DNA of 64,000 bases from Larus michahellis (taxonomy: Eukaryota): NCBI RefSeq assembly GCF_964199755.1, contig NC_133912.1, positions 190,570-254,569 of the forward strand. Direction: 5' to 3'. Numbering within the stretch: position 1 is the first letter of the stretch; the number at the start of each line of letters is the position of its first letter. A program made the translations under genes and the position numbers. A model generated the notes under the pieces. It did not search any database and was not told where the DNA came from. It worked only from the letters and a program-made list of their open reading frames with translations. Below are positions 43,901 through 57,689 of this stretch, piece after piece.

Positions 43901-45654
43901 CAGAGCCACCTTTAATTTCCCTTTCCCTACCTGTCATTATTGCCTCCAGTTTTCTGCTCTAATGAGCCCCTAGGGAGGCTTTGTTGGTAATGGTCCTCAG
44001 TGGGACCCATTAACACTCCAAGAAACTTTGGAGTTTACATCTGAGTTTGTCATCTTGAGAGGTTTCTTCAGCTTCCTCTCAGTGTCTGAGGTTCATGGAC
44101 TCCACCTCAGACCCACCCGAGGGGTCATTAAAAGTCCTTGGGCTGCTCCTCTGCTGCTGAGCTGGGCCAGGCTCTTGGGACAAAGGTGGGTGATGTGAAG
44201 CGGGCAGCAGGGCTGGGGGCACTGCCTGCAGGCACCGAGGATGAGACCATCAATGCAGAGGGAGCGTGAAGGCAGTTGTGACTGGGAGGAGAGCTGAGAG
44301 CTCACTGTGGGAGAAGGATTCCCAGCCCTCTGCACGGTAAGTGTCATGCTGCAGGGCAATGCCAGTGCCGATCCTGAAGGGTTCTCATAAAGCTGTCGTA
44401 GCCCACAGCCTGTGGGATCTTTCTCTGGTGTAGAGGAGGAGAAGGGTGTGCTGCAGAGCAGGGCTTCCCTGCAGCACCGTCAGAGGGACAGGACACGATG
44501 GCTGCCTTCTCCTGGGGATGGTTGCAGGGGCATGAAGGCGGGTGTGCAGCCAGGGGTGCCCAGGGCTGTCCTTCAGAGCAGGGTCCCTGTGCTTCAGAGG
44601 AACTCTGCCTCCTGCCAGTGCCAACTCTAACCCTGCCCAGTGAGCTTCTGCCCTCAAGGACGTGGGATCCAGGGAAGCAGCTGCCTCATCCGTGGCCAGA
44701 GCTGCAGCAGAAGGGACTCTCCTGAGCACCCTCTGTCCCTCCCAGGCCTTGTCTCCCTTTGGCAGAAGCATCGGGGCATTTCTCCTTGCTTCTCCACCCA
44801 TCCCTGCTGCTGCTGTTGCTCTTGTTTTCAGTCTCTCTGGGGTGGGGGCTTCAGCAGCCGCTCAGCAACTGACTCTGCAGGTCCTGCCATGCAGATGTGT
44901 CCCTGGTGCCCAAGGCCTCTTCTAACCTCTGGGTCTCTAGGCAATGCAGTCCATGGGGTGGGGATAACGTTAACTCTCCACAAAGGGCACCCCATCTTCT
45001 GGGCATCCAAAAGCTGACAGCTCTTCCCTGGGGAGGGGAATTTGGAGATCTGCACTTTGGAACTGGACTCCTCTGCTCTCCATGGGATCATCCTCCAGAC
45101 AAAAGCGGTGCTGGCAAAAAGCAGCCGAGAGCAGGACGGATGGAGAGACCAGCTCTCCTCCTTCTGCACTAAGGGTCTGTCCTACTCCCTCCCAGGACTC
45201 TCACAATAGCACTCATAGGGTAGCAAAAATGCGGATTTCTACCTTCAAACATGACTCCTCAAGTGGGACAGGGGTAACAGGAGCAAAATAAACAAAACAA
45301 CCCCCCCCAGCTCTGTTCTGCAGCCAGGGGAACTGGGAGTGACGGTGGTCAAAAGCTCTTTTATATCAGGGATAGATTTAACCTGCGATCACTCCTGGCT
45401 CCTCTCTGCCTCTTGCTCCACAGCATGACTGAGTCCTCTGGAGCCCACAGCAGAGTCCCCTGCTCCCCATTGCACCCTCAGCCAGCACAAACCAAGCATC
45501 ACACCAGGATCTGCACAAACGCCTTCCTGGACGGACGGAGGTCATTTGGGGGGCCTTAATGTGACCAATGCAACAGGTTCTACTCGGACGCGTCTGTCCT
45601 AACTCTTCACTGTCTTTTCCTCCTTGGACAGGCCACCATGTGCAGAGGGAACAA

Positions 45655-46569
45655 ATGTCCAACGGCAGCTCCATCACCCACTTCCTCCTGCTGGCATTCG
45701 CAGACGCGCGGGAGCTGCAGCTCTTGCACTTCTGGCTCTTCCTGGCCATCTGCCTGGCTGCCCTCCTGGGCAATGGCCTCATCATCACTGCCGTAGCCTG
45801 TGACCACCGCCTCCACACCCCCATGTACTTCTTCCTCCTCAACCTCGCCCTCCTCGACCTGGGCTGCATCTCCACCACTGTTCCCAAAGCCATGGCCAAT
45901 TCCCTCTGGAACACAAGGGGCATCTCCTACTCAGGCTGTGCTGCCCAGCTCTTTCTCTTTCTCACCTTGTTGGCAGCAGAGTTTTATCTTCTGACAGTCA
46001 TGGCCTACGACCGCTACGTTGCCATCTGCAAACCCCTGCACTATGGGTCCCTCCTGGGCAGCAGAGCTTGTGTCCACATGGCAGCAGCTGCCTGGGGCAG
46101 TGGCTTTCTCCATGCTCTGCTGCACACGGCCAATACATTTTCAATACCGCTCTGCCAAGGCAATGCCCTAGACCAGTTCTTCTGTGAAATCCCCCAGATC
46201 CTCAAGCTCTCCTGCTCAGACTCAGACTATCTCAGGGAAGTTGGGCTTATTCTATTCAGTGCCTGTTTATTCTTTGCCTGTTTTGTTTTCATTGTGGTGT
46301 CCTATGTGCAGATCTTCAGGGCTGTGCTGAGGATCCCCTCGCAGCAAAGACGACACAAAGCCTTTTCCACGTGCCTCCCTCAGCTGGCCGTGGTCTCTCT
46401 GTTAATCAGCACTGCACTATTTGCCTATCTGAAGCCCTCCTCCATCTCGTCCCCATCCCTCGATCTGGTGATGGCTGTTGTGTACTCGGTGGTGCCTCCA
46501 GCAGTGAACTCCCTCATCTACAGCATGAGGAACCGGGAGCTCAAGGATGCCCTGAGGAAACTCATCTGA
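45655..46569 (+). CDS. Intact olfactory receptor (single coding exon, 304 aa), a tandem paralogue of 14379-15341
   Basis: The first 75 residues (MSNGSSITHFLLLAFADARELQLLHFWLFLAI...LHTPMYFFLLNLALLDLGCISTT) are near-identical to OR 14379. It has MAYDRY, KAFSTC and PPAVNSLIYSMRN. The acceptor ctgtcttttcctccttggacag lies 24 bp before the ATG. The ORF-track start at 45568 is an upstream in-frame extension. Confidence 0.85.
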   Translation: MSNGSSITHFLLLAFADARELQLLHFWLFLAICLAALLGNGLIITAVACDHRLHTPMYFFLLNLALLDLGCISTTVPKAMANSLWNTRGISYSGCAAQLFLFLTLLAAEFYLLTVMAYDRYVAICKPLHYGSLLGSRACVHMAAAAWGSGFLHALLHTANTFSIPLCQGNALDQFFCEIPQILKLSCSDSDYLREVGLILFSACLFFACFVFIVVSYVQIFRAVLRIPSQQRRHKAFSTCLPQLAVVSLLISTALFAYLKPSSISSPSLDLVMAVVYSVVPPAVNSLIYSMRNRELKDALRKLI

Positions 46570-48414
46570 TGGATCCTGAGGCAGTAACAATAATGGGCCT
46601 CCTGTTCTCTGTGTAGATCCAAAGGTTTATTCTAGGCCAGGTTTTTGCCTTTGTTTTTTCTCTGATAATCATCCTTTGAGGTAGTTCTTTGGGTTCACAG
46701 CACTTCTCTTGAGGATTTGTCCTGTTGTGTCTGATCCTTGAAGAACAATGTGTCACATGTTACCTCCCTAATAGCATATCTGCAATAAAAGGGGATCTCC
46801 TGAGGATGATGTCTGAAGACTGGGCTCTCCTTTAATAAAGTTGGGGCTAAGAACAAGCCCAAGGTATTGGACTTTCCAAGCATCTTTCCACCTTGTTTTC
46901 TCCTTGTCTTTGGGGGAATAATCTCGACGAATCACTGAGATTAGTGAGATACCAAGCACTTAGTTGAAGGCTCTCTTCGTGGTGTCCAAGATCAGTGGAA
47001 ATAGTACATGAGTGACCAGTCCCATTCCTCAGGCTGTCACAGGTATGATGGCAGATATCAGTCCATGTAGAAAAGACAGGACGCTGGAGTGGTCAGGAAA
47101 AGAGGGGAACACCCCTTGTACGCTGGGGTGGGAAGTGAATGATTTCCAAGAGTTTAAGTCTCAGAGATTAGGTCCCTCCAGAACAAATAACTACAGCCAG
47201 GTACCCACAAGCCAGGACTCTGCAGGGCCGTGGGAGGCAGTGAAGATGCAGCGGGCAGAGGGAAGGGAGACTGGAGAGATGCGGGAGCTGCCTGAGGAGC
47301 CCCAGGGCCAGGACTCTCCTGCTGTCCTGGGGAGCAGGGCAGGCGGGGAGGCAGAGGGGGGCAAAGGCAGTTTGGGCTGGGGATCAGCTGCAGCTGAAGG
47401 CAGGAGAGCCAGAGAGTGAGTGGCCTCTGCTGGCCCTTGGGGCCAGCTCCAGCCCTGGGGTGATGGGGAGGCTGAGAGCCCTCTCTGCCCCCAGCAGCTG
47501 CGGTGCCCGTCAGAGGGGCTGGGGCTGTGGGGGGAGTGCCCAGAGCTCTGCAGTACCCTGTGGGGAGCACTGCTGTGGGGCCAGCCCAGACCAGGGGGGC
47601 TCTTTTGGGCTGGGCTGGGGAGAGGGCAGGGTTGGTGGGAGAGAGCCAGAGAGGGTCTGCAGTGGTGTGGGAAGTGCCGAGGAGAGGAAAACCCCAATGT
47701 TAGTGGAGCTCTGCGACCATGCAGGGTGAAGACACTCTCTAGTGGGCATGTGGGGCAGAGCCAGGTCTCCTGGAGAAGGAAGCAAGTCATCAAAGGTGCA
47801 GGAGAGAGGAGCTGGTCGGTGCCATGTTCCCTGGCTACCCTGAAGACACTGCCCCTTGGCATGGGGAGGGGAGCTGACAAGTGGGTGTCTGCTGGGGGTG
47901 GTGGCTCGGAGGGCAGCCATGGGGACTGTGCGGGTGTGGACCTCTCTCCACCTCATGAACGCACCCTGCTCTAGGTAGTGCCTGCACTGCAGGGCTGTGG
48001 GGCCGTGTTGGGCAGTGGGGCTTGGCCAGTGCTGACTCCTGGTGATGATGTCCTCTGATCACCACATGCCTGTCTGCTGACAGCTGCATTATGAAGCCCT
48101 GATGAGGGACAGATCCGGCCTGCAGCTGGCAGCTGGGCCATGGATCAGTGGTTCTTGGCACACCTCCTTGCTCTCAGGCACAATCTTATGTGGCCACACT
48201 CCACCATTTTATTTGTGACTTTCGTCTTCTCCATCTGCTGTATTTACTTCATCTCCATTGATCGTAAAGTTGAACCCTACCCCAGGTCATTGACAAGTGG
48301 AGCAGCACAGGAGTCTTTTCTGCATCCTCTGCAATTTATATCGTTTGCTTTTAGAAGGTAACCTGGAGGAAGCAACCCTGCTCGGGTCTGTTGATGACAC
48401 GTAGTTGGGAGGAC

Positions 48415-49100
48415 CATTCATAGAATCACGAATCATAGAATCGTACAACGGTTTGGGTAGGAAGGGGTCTTAAAGATTATCTAGTTCCAAACCCCCTGCC
48501 CTGGGCAGGGACTCCTCCCACTAGACCAGGTGGCTCAAAGCCCCATCCAACCTGGCCTTGAACACTCCTAGCAACGGGGCATCCACAACTTCTCTGGGCA
48601 ACGTATTCCAGTGTCTCACCACCCTCACAGTAAAGAACTTCTTCCTAATATCCAACCTAAATATACCATCTTTCAGTATAAAACCCTTGCCCATTGTCCT
48701 ATCACTACACTCCCTGATAAAGAGTCCCTCCCCAGCTTTACTTTAGGTCCCATTTAGGTACTGGAAAGCCACTAGAAGGTCTCCCTGGAGCCTTCTCTTC
48801 TCCAGGCTGAAAAACCCCAACTCTCTCAGCCTGTCTTCATAGCAGAGGTGCTCCAGTGCTCTGACAATTTCTGTGTCCCTCCTCTGGACTCACTCCAACA
48901 GGTCCATGTCCTGCAGTTCCGGAGCCCCAAACATAAGAAGGACCTGGACCGGTTGCCTTCAGGCCTGTTCCTGTTCCTTCAGGATGCCCTTCAGAGAAAC
49001 CCTAGACGTCACAGGGACGCCTTGCCAGAAACCTCCTGAAATTCAACAAGAAGTAGTACTGGGTCCTGAACTGGGGATAGACCAGTCCCCTCCAGTGATA
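48415..49100 (-). mobile_element. CR1 3' portion (minus)
   Basis: 48420-48530 is the reverse-complemented terminus (catagaatcacgaatcatagaatcgtacaacggtttgggtaggaaggggtcttaaagattatctagttcc...). The antisense ORF 48558..48746 reads STTSLGNVFQCLTTLTVKNFFLISNLN. Confidence 0.7.
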
Positions 49101-49900
49101 CGGGCTGGGGATCATCAAGTGTCCAGGGCTGTATGAACAGGAGCCTCTCCGAAAGGAGGAGGGAAGTGTTTATCTCCCCCTCCTCATCACTCATTAGATC
49201 ACATGCACAACACAGGGTCAAGTTTTGGGCTCCCAGTATAAGATGTTAATAACTGGGAGCAAAATCAGTAGAGGGCCATGAAGATGCTCCAGGTCTGGAG
49301 CACTTCCCTGCAAGAAGAAGCTGCAGAACAGGGCATTTTCATACTCTAAGATGGTGGGGCCGTGGGACCCTTATAGCAGCCTGTCAGTCCCTACGGAGAG
49401 GTTTTCAGGAAAATGGATCCAACTTCATCATTGTGCTGCTTGGCAGAAGGAAAACAGACAAAATCTTGATGAAGTTAAAATAAGAAAGCTTCAGGCTGGA
49501 GATAAGGAAAACCTTTTTTCCCATCAGGGCAGACAAACATGGGAGCAGGTTGCCCAGAGGGGCTGCACTGTCTTCATCCTTTAGTATTTTTAATTCCTTA
49601 CTGGATAAATTCCTTAGCAACCTGGTCTGATCCCATAGCTCATCCTGTTGGGAGCACCAGCTACAAGCAGAGACCTCCTGAGGTGCCTAAATGCTGACTA
49701 ATGCGGATTTCTTCCCCTCTCTCTCTCCCCTTGATGATGGTGGGGGAAGCGCTTGGGTTCCCTATGACCATGGAAGTGAATGAGATGCCAGTACAGTCAG
49801 ATCAACAGCCGCTTCCTTCTCCTGCTGCAGGCAGCGTTGCTCACATGCAGGGCTGCCCCACAGGTACCCCCTAACAGCCCTCATCGAATCCATTGCTTCA

Positions 49901-50525
49901 CTTTTCATTCCCTTTTCCACTCTTTTCCCCCTCTCAAGTTCTTCTCTTGGACCATCCTCATCCCCTCCAATACAAACAGACAAGTCCTTTTCACTGCTTC
50001 CTTTCTTTGTTCTTCCCTTGGTGTTTCTGAGATGGTGACAGTGGCACTTTCCACCTTTGACATGACTTGATTACACTAGGAACCCCTTTCCTTACCTCTG
50101 CTGTCCTACAGCTACTCAAGTTGGGAGAGGAACCAGGACTCAGGATGAGCCATAAATAATGAACCTTAAATACTGACGTGCTAGAGCTTCAGTGCACAGG
50201 GACCTTGAGACACCTGGGGACATGGCCAACAGAAACCTCCTCAAGTTTTCCAAGGAGAAGGGGCAAAGTGGGAGAGTACCAGGTGAGGAGTGAGTCTGAG
50301 GAGAGGGGCCTGGGCATTTTGAGGGATGCCATATGAGGCTCTGGTAAAGGCTCAGCACCATTAAGGCCAGCTGCATATGGGGTGGTGTTAGAAGGACCGT
50401 GGACACCCAGACAAGGGTAGGTATTGTCCCCCTCGACTCGGCACTGGTGTGGCCACATCTGCTCTCCTAGTATCCCAGAATGGTTTGGGTTTGAAGGGAC
50501 CTTTAAAGATCATCTAGTTTATTCC
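49901..50525. repeat. Segmental duplicate of 558-1190 (about 93% identity)
   Basis: 49931 ctctcaagttcttctcttggaccatcctcatcccctcc... matches 583 tctcaagttcttctcttggatcaccctcatctcctcc... 50420-50500 is identical to 1090-1180. Both copies retain the paired minus-strand ORFs (MWPHQCRVEGD... and M..VLLTPPHMQLALMVLSLYQ). Confidence 0.7.
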
Positions 50526-50950
50526 CTTCTTTTCAGAGAAATCTTTCGTGAGATCAGGTTGCTCAAAGCTCCCTCCAACCTGTCCTTTGTCACTTCCAGT
50601 GATGGGTCACCCACAGCTTCATGCAGCAACCCTTTCCAGTGCCTCACCTCCCTCACTGTGAAACATTTGTTCCTTATATCCAATACAAATCTTCCCTCAT
50701 TCAGTTTAAAACCATTGTCCCTTGTCCTGGCATTACTGTCTCTGGTAAAATGTCTCTCTCTCTCTTCCTTTTAAGCCTTCTTTAGGTATTGAAAGGCCAC
50801 AGGAAGATTTCCTCTGAGCTTTTTGTTCTCCAGGGTGAATAAGCCAGCTGTCAGCCTTTCTTCATAGGAGAGTTATTCCAGCCCTCAAGTTGTTTGTGTG
50901 ATCCTTCTCTTGACCCTCTTTTACAGGTCCATGTCCTTTTTGTGTTACGG
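50440..50950 (-). mobile_element. CR1 3' fragment (minus), paralogous to 1095-1570
   Basis: The reverse-complemented CR1 end is at 50455-50520. The antisense ORF 50424..50774 reads ...SPTASCSNPFQCLTSLTVKHLFLISNTNLPSFSLKPL. Confidence 0.65.
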
Positions 50951-51018
50951 AAGAACTGGACGTCGTCTTCCAGGTGAACTAGCATGGGATCACTGTAGAG
51001 AGGGAGAATCCCCTTCCT

Positions 51019-52100
51019 CTACACTTCTATTGATGCAGCCCAGGGTGTGATTGGCTTTTCAAGCACACATTGCCAGCTCATGTCCATTTTCTCACCCACC
51101 AGTATCCCCAAGTCCTTCTTCACAGGGCTGCTCTCAATCCATTCATCCCCCAGTCTGTCTTGATACTGGGGATTGGCCTGAGCCAGCTGCAGATCTTTGC
51201 ACTTGGCCTTGATGAAATTCCAGAGGTTCACATGTGTCCCATTTACCAGTTACTAAAAACCCTGAAGGTTTCCTCCCCAAGGTTTAGATTCTTGACTCTA
51301 CTTTTCACCAGGCATATACCCTTTCAGGTCATGAATTCCACCAGGCCATGAAGACTGCAGCCCAGGCTGCCACCAGTTTTGGTCTCTTCAATACATTTCT
51401 CAGTTTTTGAGCAACAGGACTAGTAATGCTTCTCCTCTGGTATTTCTATCACCTGGATTAGGAAGATATCCTAATCCTGCTTGAAGGTTCCTGTGGGGCT
51501 TTTCCAGCAGATGGCAGGGGGATTGAAATCCCCCAGCCAGATCTGGGCCTGGGAGAGTGATGCTTCCTGCAGCTGAAGTTAAAACCCTTCATCAACAGGC
51601 TCCTCTTGACCAGGCAGCCTGTTGTAGACACCAGCCACGAGGATTCCTTTGTTGGCTTGGTCTCTGGTTTTCACTTGGGAACTCTTGATTTGTGCATTGC
51701 TGTCTTTCAGGGAGAGATCTGTGTGATTTATCCATTGCGTTTAGCTGGAGGGCAATCCCTCCCACATTTCTTTTCTTTTGGGTGCCTCCTGAACAGTTTA
51801 TAGCCATCAGTTGTAGTGCTCCAGTCATGTGATTCATCCCACCTTGTTTCAGTGTACAGTGATTAGCCAGGAGCTTTCCAGCTGCCCAGCAGCTTTCAGC
51901 TCCTCCTGTTTGTTCCCCGTGCTGTGTGCATTGGGACACAGACACTTCAGTTGAACCGTCGACTGTCTCACCATTTGGGCAGAATCTTTTTGAAGGGTTG
52001 GGGGGCATTCCTCACTCACGCGCTGGGTTTGCTCATCCACCCTGTTGCATTTCATGGCTTTGACCCTCCCCGCCAAGTTTGTATGGACCAAGCACGTTTC
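51019..52100 (-). mobile_element. CR1 5'-region fragment (ORF1 tail to ORF2 N-terminus) on the minus strand
   Basis: 51849..52091 (-) reads ...STVQLKCLCPNAHSTGNKQEELKAAGQLES, the LINE ORF2 endonuclease N-terminus. The plus-strand MPAHVHFLTHQYPQVLLHRAAL ORF is its antisense, as at 17618. Confidence 0.45.
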
Positions 52101-52199
52101 ACTAAGTCAGCCAATCTGCCAGCAAAGCTTCTCCTTCCTCTTCTAGATAGGTGTGTCCCATCTCTCCCCAATAATCTGTGTGCATCAAGAAGGACCAGT

Positions 52200-52560
52200 G
52201 ATCATAATGTGTTCCCATGTGGGGTTTCCTCTTCTGGAGGACTGGGGAGGAGATGGAGAGTGTCCAGAGGATGTCTGCAAAGCACGTGACCTGTGTGGAG
52301 AGGCCGAGGGACGTGGACCTCTCTAGTTCACGACAGTAAGAGAGTAGCCAGAAAGTAGCAGTTTCAGGTGGTTTCAAGGTGGTTTCAGAGATGACAGAGC
52401 TTTCCTTGGTATTGGGAAACCACCTGAGAAAGGAAAACCATCACAAAGTGCAGCTTGGAAAGTCGAGATTGACCATAAGGAGAAGGAAATATCCCTTGAA
52501 GGGCAGTGCTGTGGTAGAACAGGTCACCCTGAGGAGCCTGGATCAGCGCAATGCCGGGTG
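52200..52560 (+). mobile_element. Old diverged CR1 remnant
   Basis: ggagatggagagtgtccagaggatgtctgcaaagcacgtgacctgtgtggagaggccgagggacgtgg ... gtggtttcagagatgacagagctttccttggtattggg parallels the 12040-12260 CR1. Confidence 0.3.
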
Positions 52561-53639
52561 TTTCAAGGCAAGAGCAGGGAGGAAGAAGAGCTACCAGTAA
52601 AGGCAGAGAGATGTCACGGTGGGAGCAAGGTGGAGAAGTAGGTCGTGTGTCCCCAGCCTGCAGGGAAACAGTGGCAGGTGTAGGACAGCGTAGGGCAGCC
52701 TGCGATGGACACAGGCAAGGGCAGTGGCAGGGCAGGAAGGCCCCAGCAGAAGTGAGGTCTTTGTCCCCTTAGCCGTACCAGTTGTCACTGCCACCAAAGC
52801 CTGAAAGGAGACCCATTAATCTCATGGAACTGGGCCATTGGTGCTTCCTTGCACCCCCACAGGGCGGCTGGGAGGTGTGGTACTACACTCTGCATCGCAC
52901 ACCCCACGTGACACTGCCCCAGGAAGAGCCCCAGGTCATTTGCCTCTGAGAGAGAAGATCCTTGGGAAGGATTCAACTCTCCCAGCTCTACCGTTACTCA
53001 GTCTGCCCCACAGAAACCTCCCCATGGCAGGGCGCTGTGCACGTGCCTCTCCATGGTTTTGGTGCTGAACCCCAATGATCCGACAAAGGTGGCGTTGGTG
53101 CTGCTTGAAGACGGAGCGGTGGCTGAAGGGACTTTATGAGGTTCCTCACAGACCTACGGAATTCTTGATGTAACACTCTAGGGAAGTCAGGCTCCTGTCC
53201 AAGTGGGACATCTGCCTTAACATTTCTCTCCCTGCCAACAGCGGGAAACTGAAAACAAAAACTGAAGTAAGGTCTTTCTCTTTAAGGTAAATCCCTGCCT
53301 GTGTTTGCAGGGACTGTGAACACCAGGCTGCTGCTGTCTGTCTGTTGAGGGCGTGATCCACTTGGTCTTCCCAGTCTAAGAACACTACGAAGTTCTCCCT
53401 TACACCATACCCCTTAACACCACATCTAAACGACTCCTAAACACATTCAGGGATGGTGTTGTGGTTTAGCCTCAGATGGCAACAAAGAACCACGTGCCGC
53501 TCGCACGTGCCTTCCTAACACAGGAAGGATCGTAAGAAAAGGCAAGACTCTTGGGTTGGGACAAAAGCAGTTTAACAGAACAGCAAAGGGAACAGGCAAA
53601 CAACAACAACACGGACAGGGGAATATACAAACGCGATTA

Positions 53640-54850
53640 CGGGACCGCCGCTCCGCCGCTCCCCGCCGCTCGCCGACCGGCCGGACCCGGGACGCCCCAG
53701 CCCGCTTTTAAGCAGCAACTTCCTGCCCCCTCCCCCGGCAGCTCAGGGTGGGCGTGGCTCACATGGCATGGAATACCAGGAAAAGTTAACCCTATCCCCA
53801 CCGGAACCAGGACAGATGGTGACTCCAGCACCTCCCTGGGCAGCCTATTCCAGTGTCTGACCACTCTTTCTGGGAAGAATTTTTTCCTAATGTCCAGCCT
53901 AACCCTCCCCTGCTGCAGCTTGAACCCATTCCCTCTTGTTCTAATGACCTGTGAGAAAAGACCAGCACCAACCTCTCTACAATGGCCTTTCAAGTAGTTG
54001 TAGAGAGTGATGAGGTCTCCCCTCAGCCTCCTCTTCCTCAAACTAAACAGTCCCAGCTCCTTCACTCGCTCCTCATCAGATTTATTCTCCAGGCCCTTCA
54101 CCAGCTTCATTGCCCTCCTCTGCACTCGCTCCAGCACCTCGAGATCTCTCTCGTATTGAGGTGCCCAGAACTGGACACAATACTCAAGGGGTGGCCTCCC
54201 CAGTGCTGAGTACAGGGGGACAATCACCTCCCTCTTTCTGCTGGTCACACTATTTCTCATACAAGCCAGGATGCCGTTGGCTTTCTTGGCCACCTGGGCA
54301 CACTGCTGGCTCACTTTCAGCCGCTTGTCAATTAGAACCCCCAGGTCCTTTTCTGCCAGGCAGCTCTCCAGCCACACTTCCCCAGGCCTGTAGCGATGCA
54401 TGGGGTTGTTGTGGCCCAAGTGCAGGACCCGGCACTTGGCCTTGTTGAAGCTCATTCCATTAGCATTGGCCCATCGGTCCAATCTATCCAAGTCTCTCCG
54501 TAGAGCCTCCCTATCTTCATGCAGATCAACACTCCCACTTAGCTTCGTGTCATCTGCAAACTTGCCGATGATACACTCTATGTCCTTATCAAAGTTATCA
54601 ATAAAGATGTTAAACAGAAGTGGTCCCAACACTGGGCCCTGAGGGACACCACTTGTGACCACCCACCAGCTGGATTTAACTCCATTGACCACCACTCTTT
54701 GGGACCGCCCATCCAGCCAGTGCTTGATCCAGCAGATCGTATGCTCATCCAGGCCATGAGCCGCCAGTTTTTCCATGGAAGTTCTATGGGGGACAGTGTC
54801 AAATGATTTTCAACAGTCCAGGTAGACAATGTCCACAGCCTTTCCCTCAT
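53640..54850 (-). mobile_element. CR1 LINE (RT domain to near 3' end), minus strand, the same young subfamily as 16700-17620
   Basis: ORF 53637..54776 (-) reads [32 protein letters not shown]...[17 protein letters not shown]...FADDTKL...[32 protein letters not shown]...[29 protein letters not shown]. Its own 3' terminus is missing; it is replaced by the GC-rich 53640-53760. Confidence 0.85.
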
Positions 54851-55947
54851 CCAATAATTGGGTCATCTTGTCATAGAAGGAGGTCATGCACCAACTTCTG
54901 GGAAAATTGAGTGATACAATACACTGTTAAAAACTAGCCTGAAAGCAAAGAGTGGTGCAACCTTTAAAAATGGGGACAAGCATTTAGCACAAGCTACCTG
55001 GTTAGTTAACACCAGGGGATCCATCAATTGAGCTGGTCCTGCTCAGTCAGACCCTTTACATGCTATAGAAGGGGATAAAGTCCCTGTGGTGCATGAAAGG
55101 AATATGTCAGGGAAAACTGCATTTTTCCTGCTTCAGGCAAAGGCAAACCAATTCATGAGATTGTTTTTGCTGAAGGATCTTTACGTTCTTGGTGGATGAT
55201 GCTGAAGAATGGAAAATTTCAACGTGTGCCTCAAGGAAATTTAACCCTTGGTGAGAGTACTTAATCCTGACATGTAGGATGTTAATGGTTCTATAATACT
55301 AACAATGTACAATAAGTATTTTTCACAATAGCACAGCAGTGATGAAACCTGAGCTAACTTCATCAAGTGGTGTTGAGCAAAGTCTTTGAGATGGACATGC
55401 TACCCATGGGCATGAAATACAATGAATTTCACACCTTTTTCCCTACCCTGAGAATCTGCTATGATAGATGAAATCCTGTAGTTATGGACTAAATAGACTT
55501 AGCGAACTTTTGTATATAAAGATAAGTCATAAATGAGTGACCTGCATGTATCTATCTATATATATGTGTGTACAGATTTGATAGATAAAAGCAATAGTGA
55601 TCTGAGCAAGGCACAAATGGTATGGAATAAAGGTGGAATATCCTGGTTTAAGGTAAAACAGAACCAACTTTCTGTTCAGTAATTTTACTTTCATCTAAGC
55701 CTCTTCTAACTCACTCTGAAATTAACAGCATATTATGCAGAAACTGGTCCTTCCCGGAGTGATAAGACCTGTGTTTATAGTTTCTGCCAAGGAATGGTAC
55801 GCAGAGAGGCTCTTGCTTATACTTATTGCTATAACAACCAAGGCCAGTTCACTTTGTCATTTGCCCCGTTGGAGGGTTGGAAGCAGAAAAGCGTAGAGGG
55901 GTCACACTTGCAGGTAGGAGCAGACAGGACAGGTGACACAAAACTGA

Positions 55948-55992
55948 CCAATAGGGTATTCCATCCCATCTGCATCACGGTCAGTATAAAAG
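55948..55992 (+). promoter_or_regulatory. Isolated CCAAT box plus TATAAAAG pair at canonical spacing (candidate promoter or solo-LTR U3)
   Basis: gaccaatagg (55948-55952) is followed 37 bp downstream by tataaaag (55985-55992). Only a 14-codon ATG ORF follows. Confidence 0.3.
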
Positions 55993-57689
55993 CTGAGGGA
56001 TCAAAGGATCAGTCCTCGTTTTTCAATGGCCAAGGTCCAAGGAAGACTCCATCAGTTCGTCTGCTGTTGATCCCGAACCCAGCATTCCTGACTCCAGATC
56101 TGGAATCCAGCTCCTGCCCTTCACTGAGTCCAGCCTGGGACTTACCCTGTGCCTGCTGGTGACACAATAATTATCCTGGGAGCTTGATATGATTTTGTAT
56201 ATATTGCATCAATGTCATTATTTTCTTGTATTTATTATTTTATTATTTTATTAATATTTTCAATTAAGTAGCTTAGTTTTTTCTAAACTCATAAATGTCT
56301 TTATCTCTCTTCCTCCTCTCTTTGGAGAGAGAGGTGGAGGGGGAGCATCTGTCATTCTGAACAGCAAATCTGACGCAAACCACAACAAAACCCCACATCA
56401 TGATTGTGTGGTGAAAACCCATGACGCCAAAAACACTCAAACCTATTTAATATGTGTTTATATATTATATATATATATAATATTATATATTAATTAAGAC
56501 GTGACATTGTGAGATCCTAATCTTAAACTATGTGTAGGTAGGTCCTAATATTATTTGAATCGTAATAGGGTTACAGGTTATTCAGTATTTACTGAAAATA
56601 AAGTAGTGGAGGCTTTATAGCTGAGTCCAAAGCTGAGTGCGGAAGCAGCAGAAACGATTGTATTAACCAAGACTTTCTTATATCCCAGTAAATGACACCC
56701 GCTCCTCTCCCTTCGCCCACAGTTGTGGTCCTGTCAGCATAGGAAGCAATGAGGATGGTCAGGCATGACCAGCCCTGGGTTCCTTCAGTCCCCTTCTCTT
56801 TCAGACAGCCAGAAAGGCAATCCAAGGGGATTGCATTAACCAAGACTTTCCACCTGTCCAAAGAAAAGACTAACTATTTATACTGAGTCTCAGTATTCTT
56901 TTGGAGTATGCCATGTCCCTGGACAGTTATGGAAGCAGTGTAGGTTCATAACTTCTAGTGAGAGCAAGTACTGACCTGTAGAAAAATCTACAATTGCCAA
57001 AGAAATTAGCTATCATTCACCAGCATGGTCAGTTGACCTTGGGTGTCTGCCAATTGCCCACCAAGCTGCTCTACCATTCCCCCTCCTAAGCAGGATGGGG
57101 GAGAATTAAGATGGAGAACTTGTGGGTCAAGATAAAGGCAGTCTAATAAAGAAAAGCAAAGGCCACAAGTGGAAGCAAAGGAAACACAAAAATTATTCTC
57201 TACTTCCCAGCAGCAGGGGATGTCCAGCCACTTCCCGGGAAGAAAGGCCTCAGTAAACATAGTGGTTATTTCAGTAGACAAATGCCTAAATAATTAATGC
57301 CCCACCCTGTCCTTTCTCTTAGCTTTGAATGCTGACCATGACATCATATGGTATGGAATATCCCTTTGGTCAGTTTGGGTCAGCTGTCATGACTATGTCT
57401 CCTCCCAGCCTCTTGCCCACCTACAGCATACTGGTCTTTGAGTGGGGTGGTCAGAAAGAACCTCCAGTATGGCTGCTGTGCAAACACTGCTCAGCAGTAG
57501 CCAAAACATTGGTGTGTTATCAACACCGTTCTAAATACAAAAACAAAGCACAGCACCATGAGGGCCACGCTGTGGGGAGAGTTAATTCCATCCCAGCCAC
57601 ACCCTGTGTCTGTACATGGGCTTGCAATGGTTTCTGTATGCGTATGTTTATTTGGAATTTCTATGTGCAGAAGTAATTCTCTCGCTACC

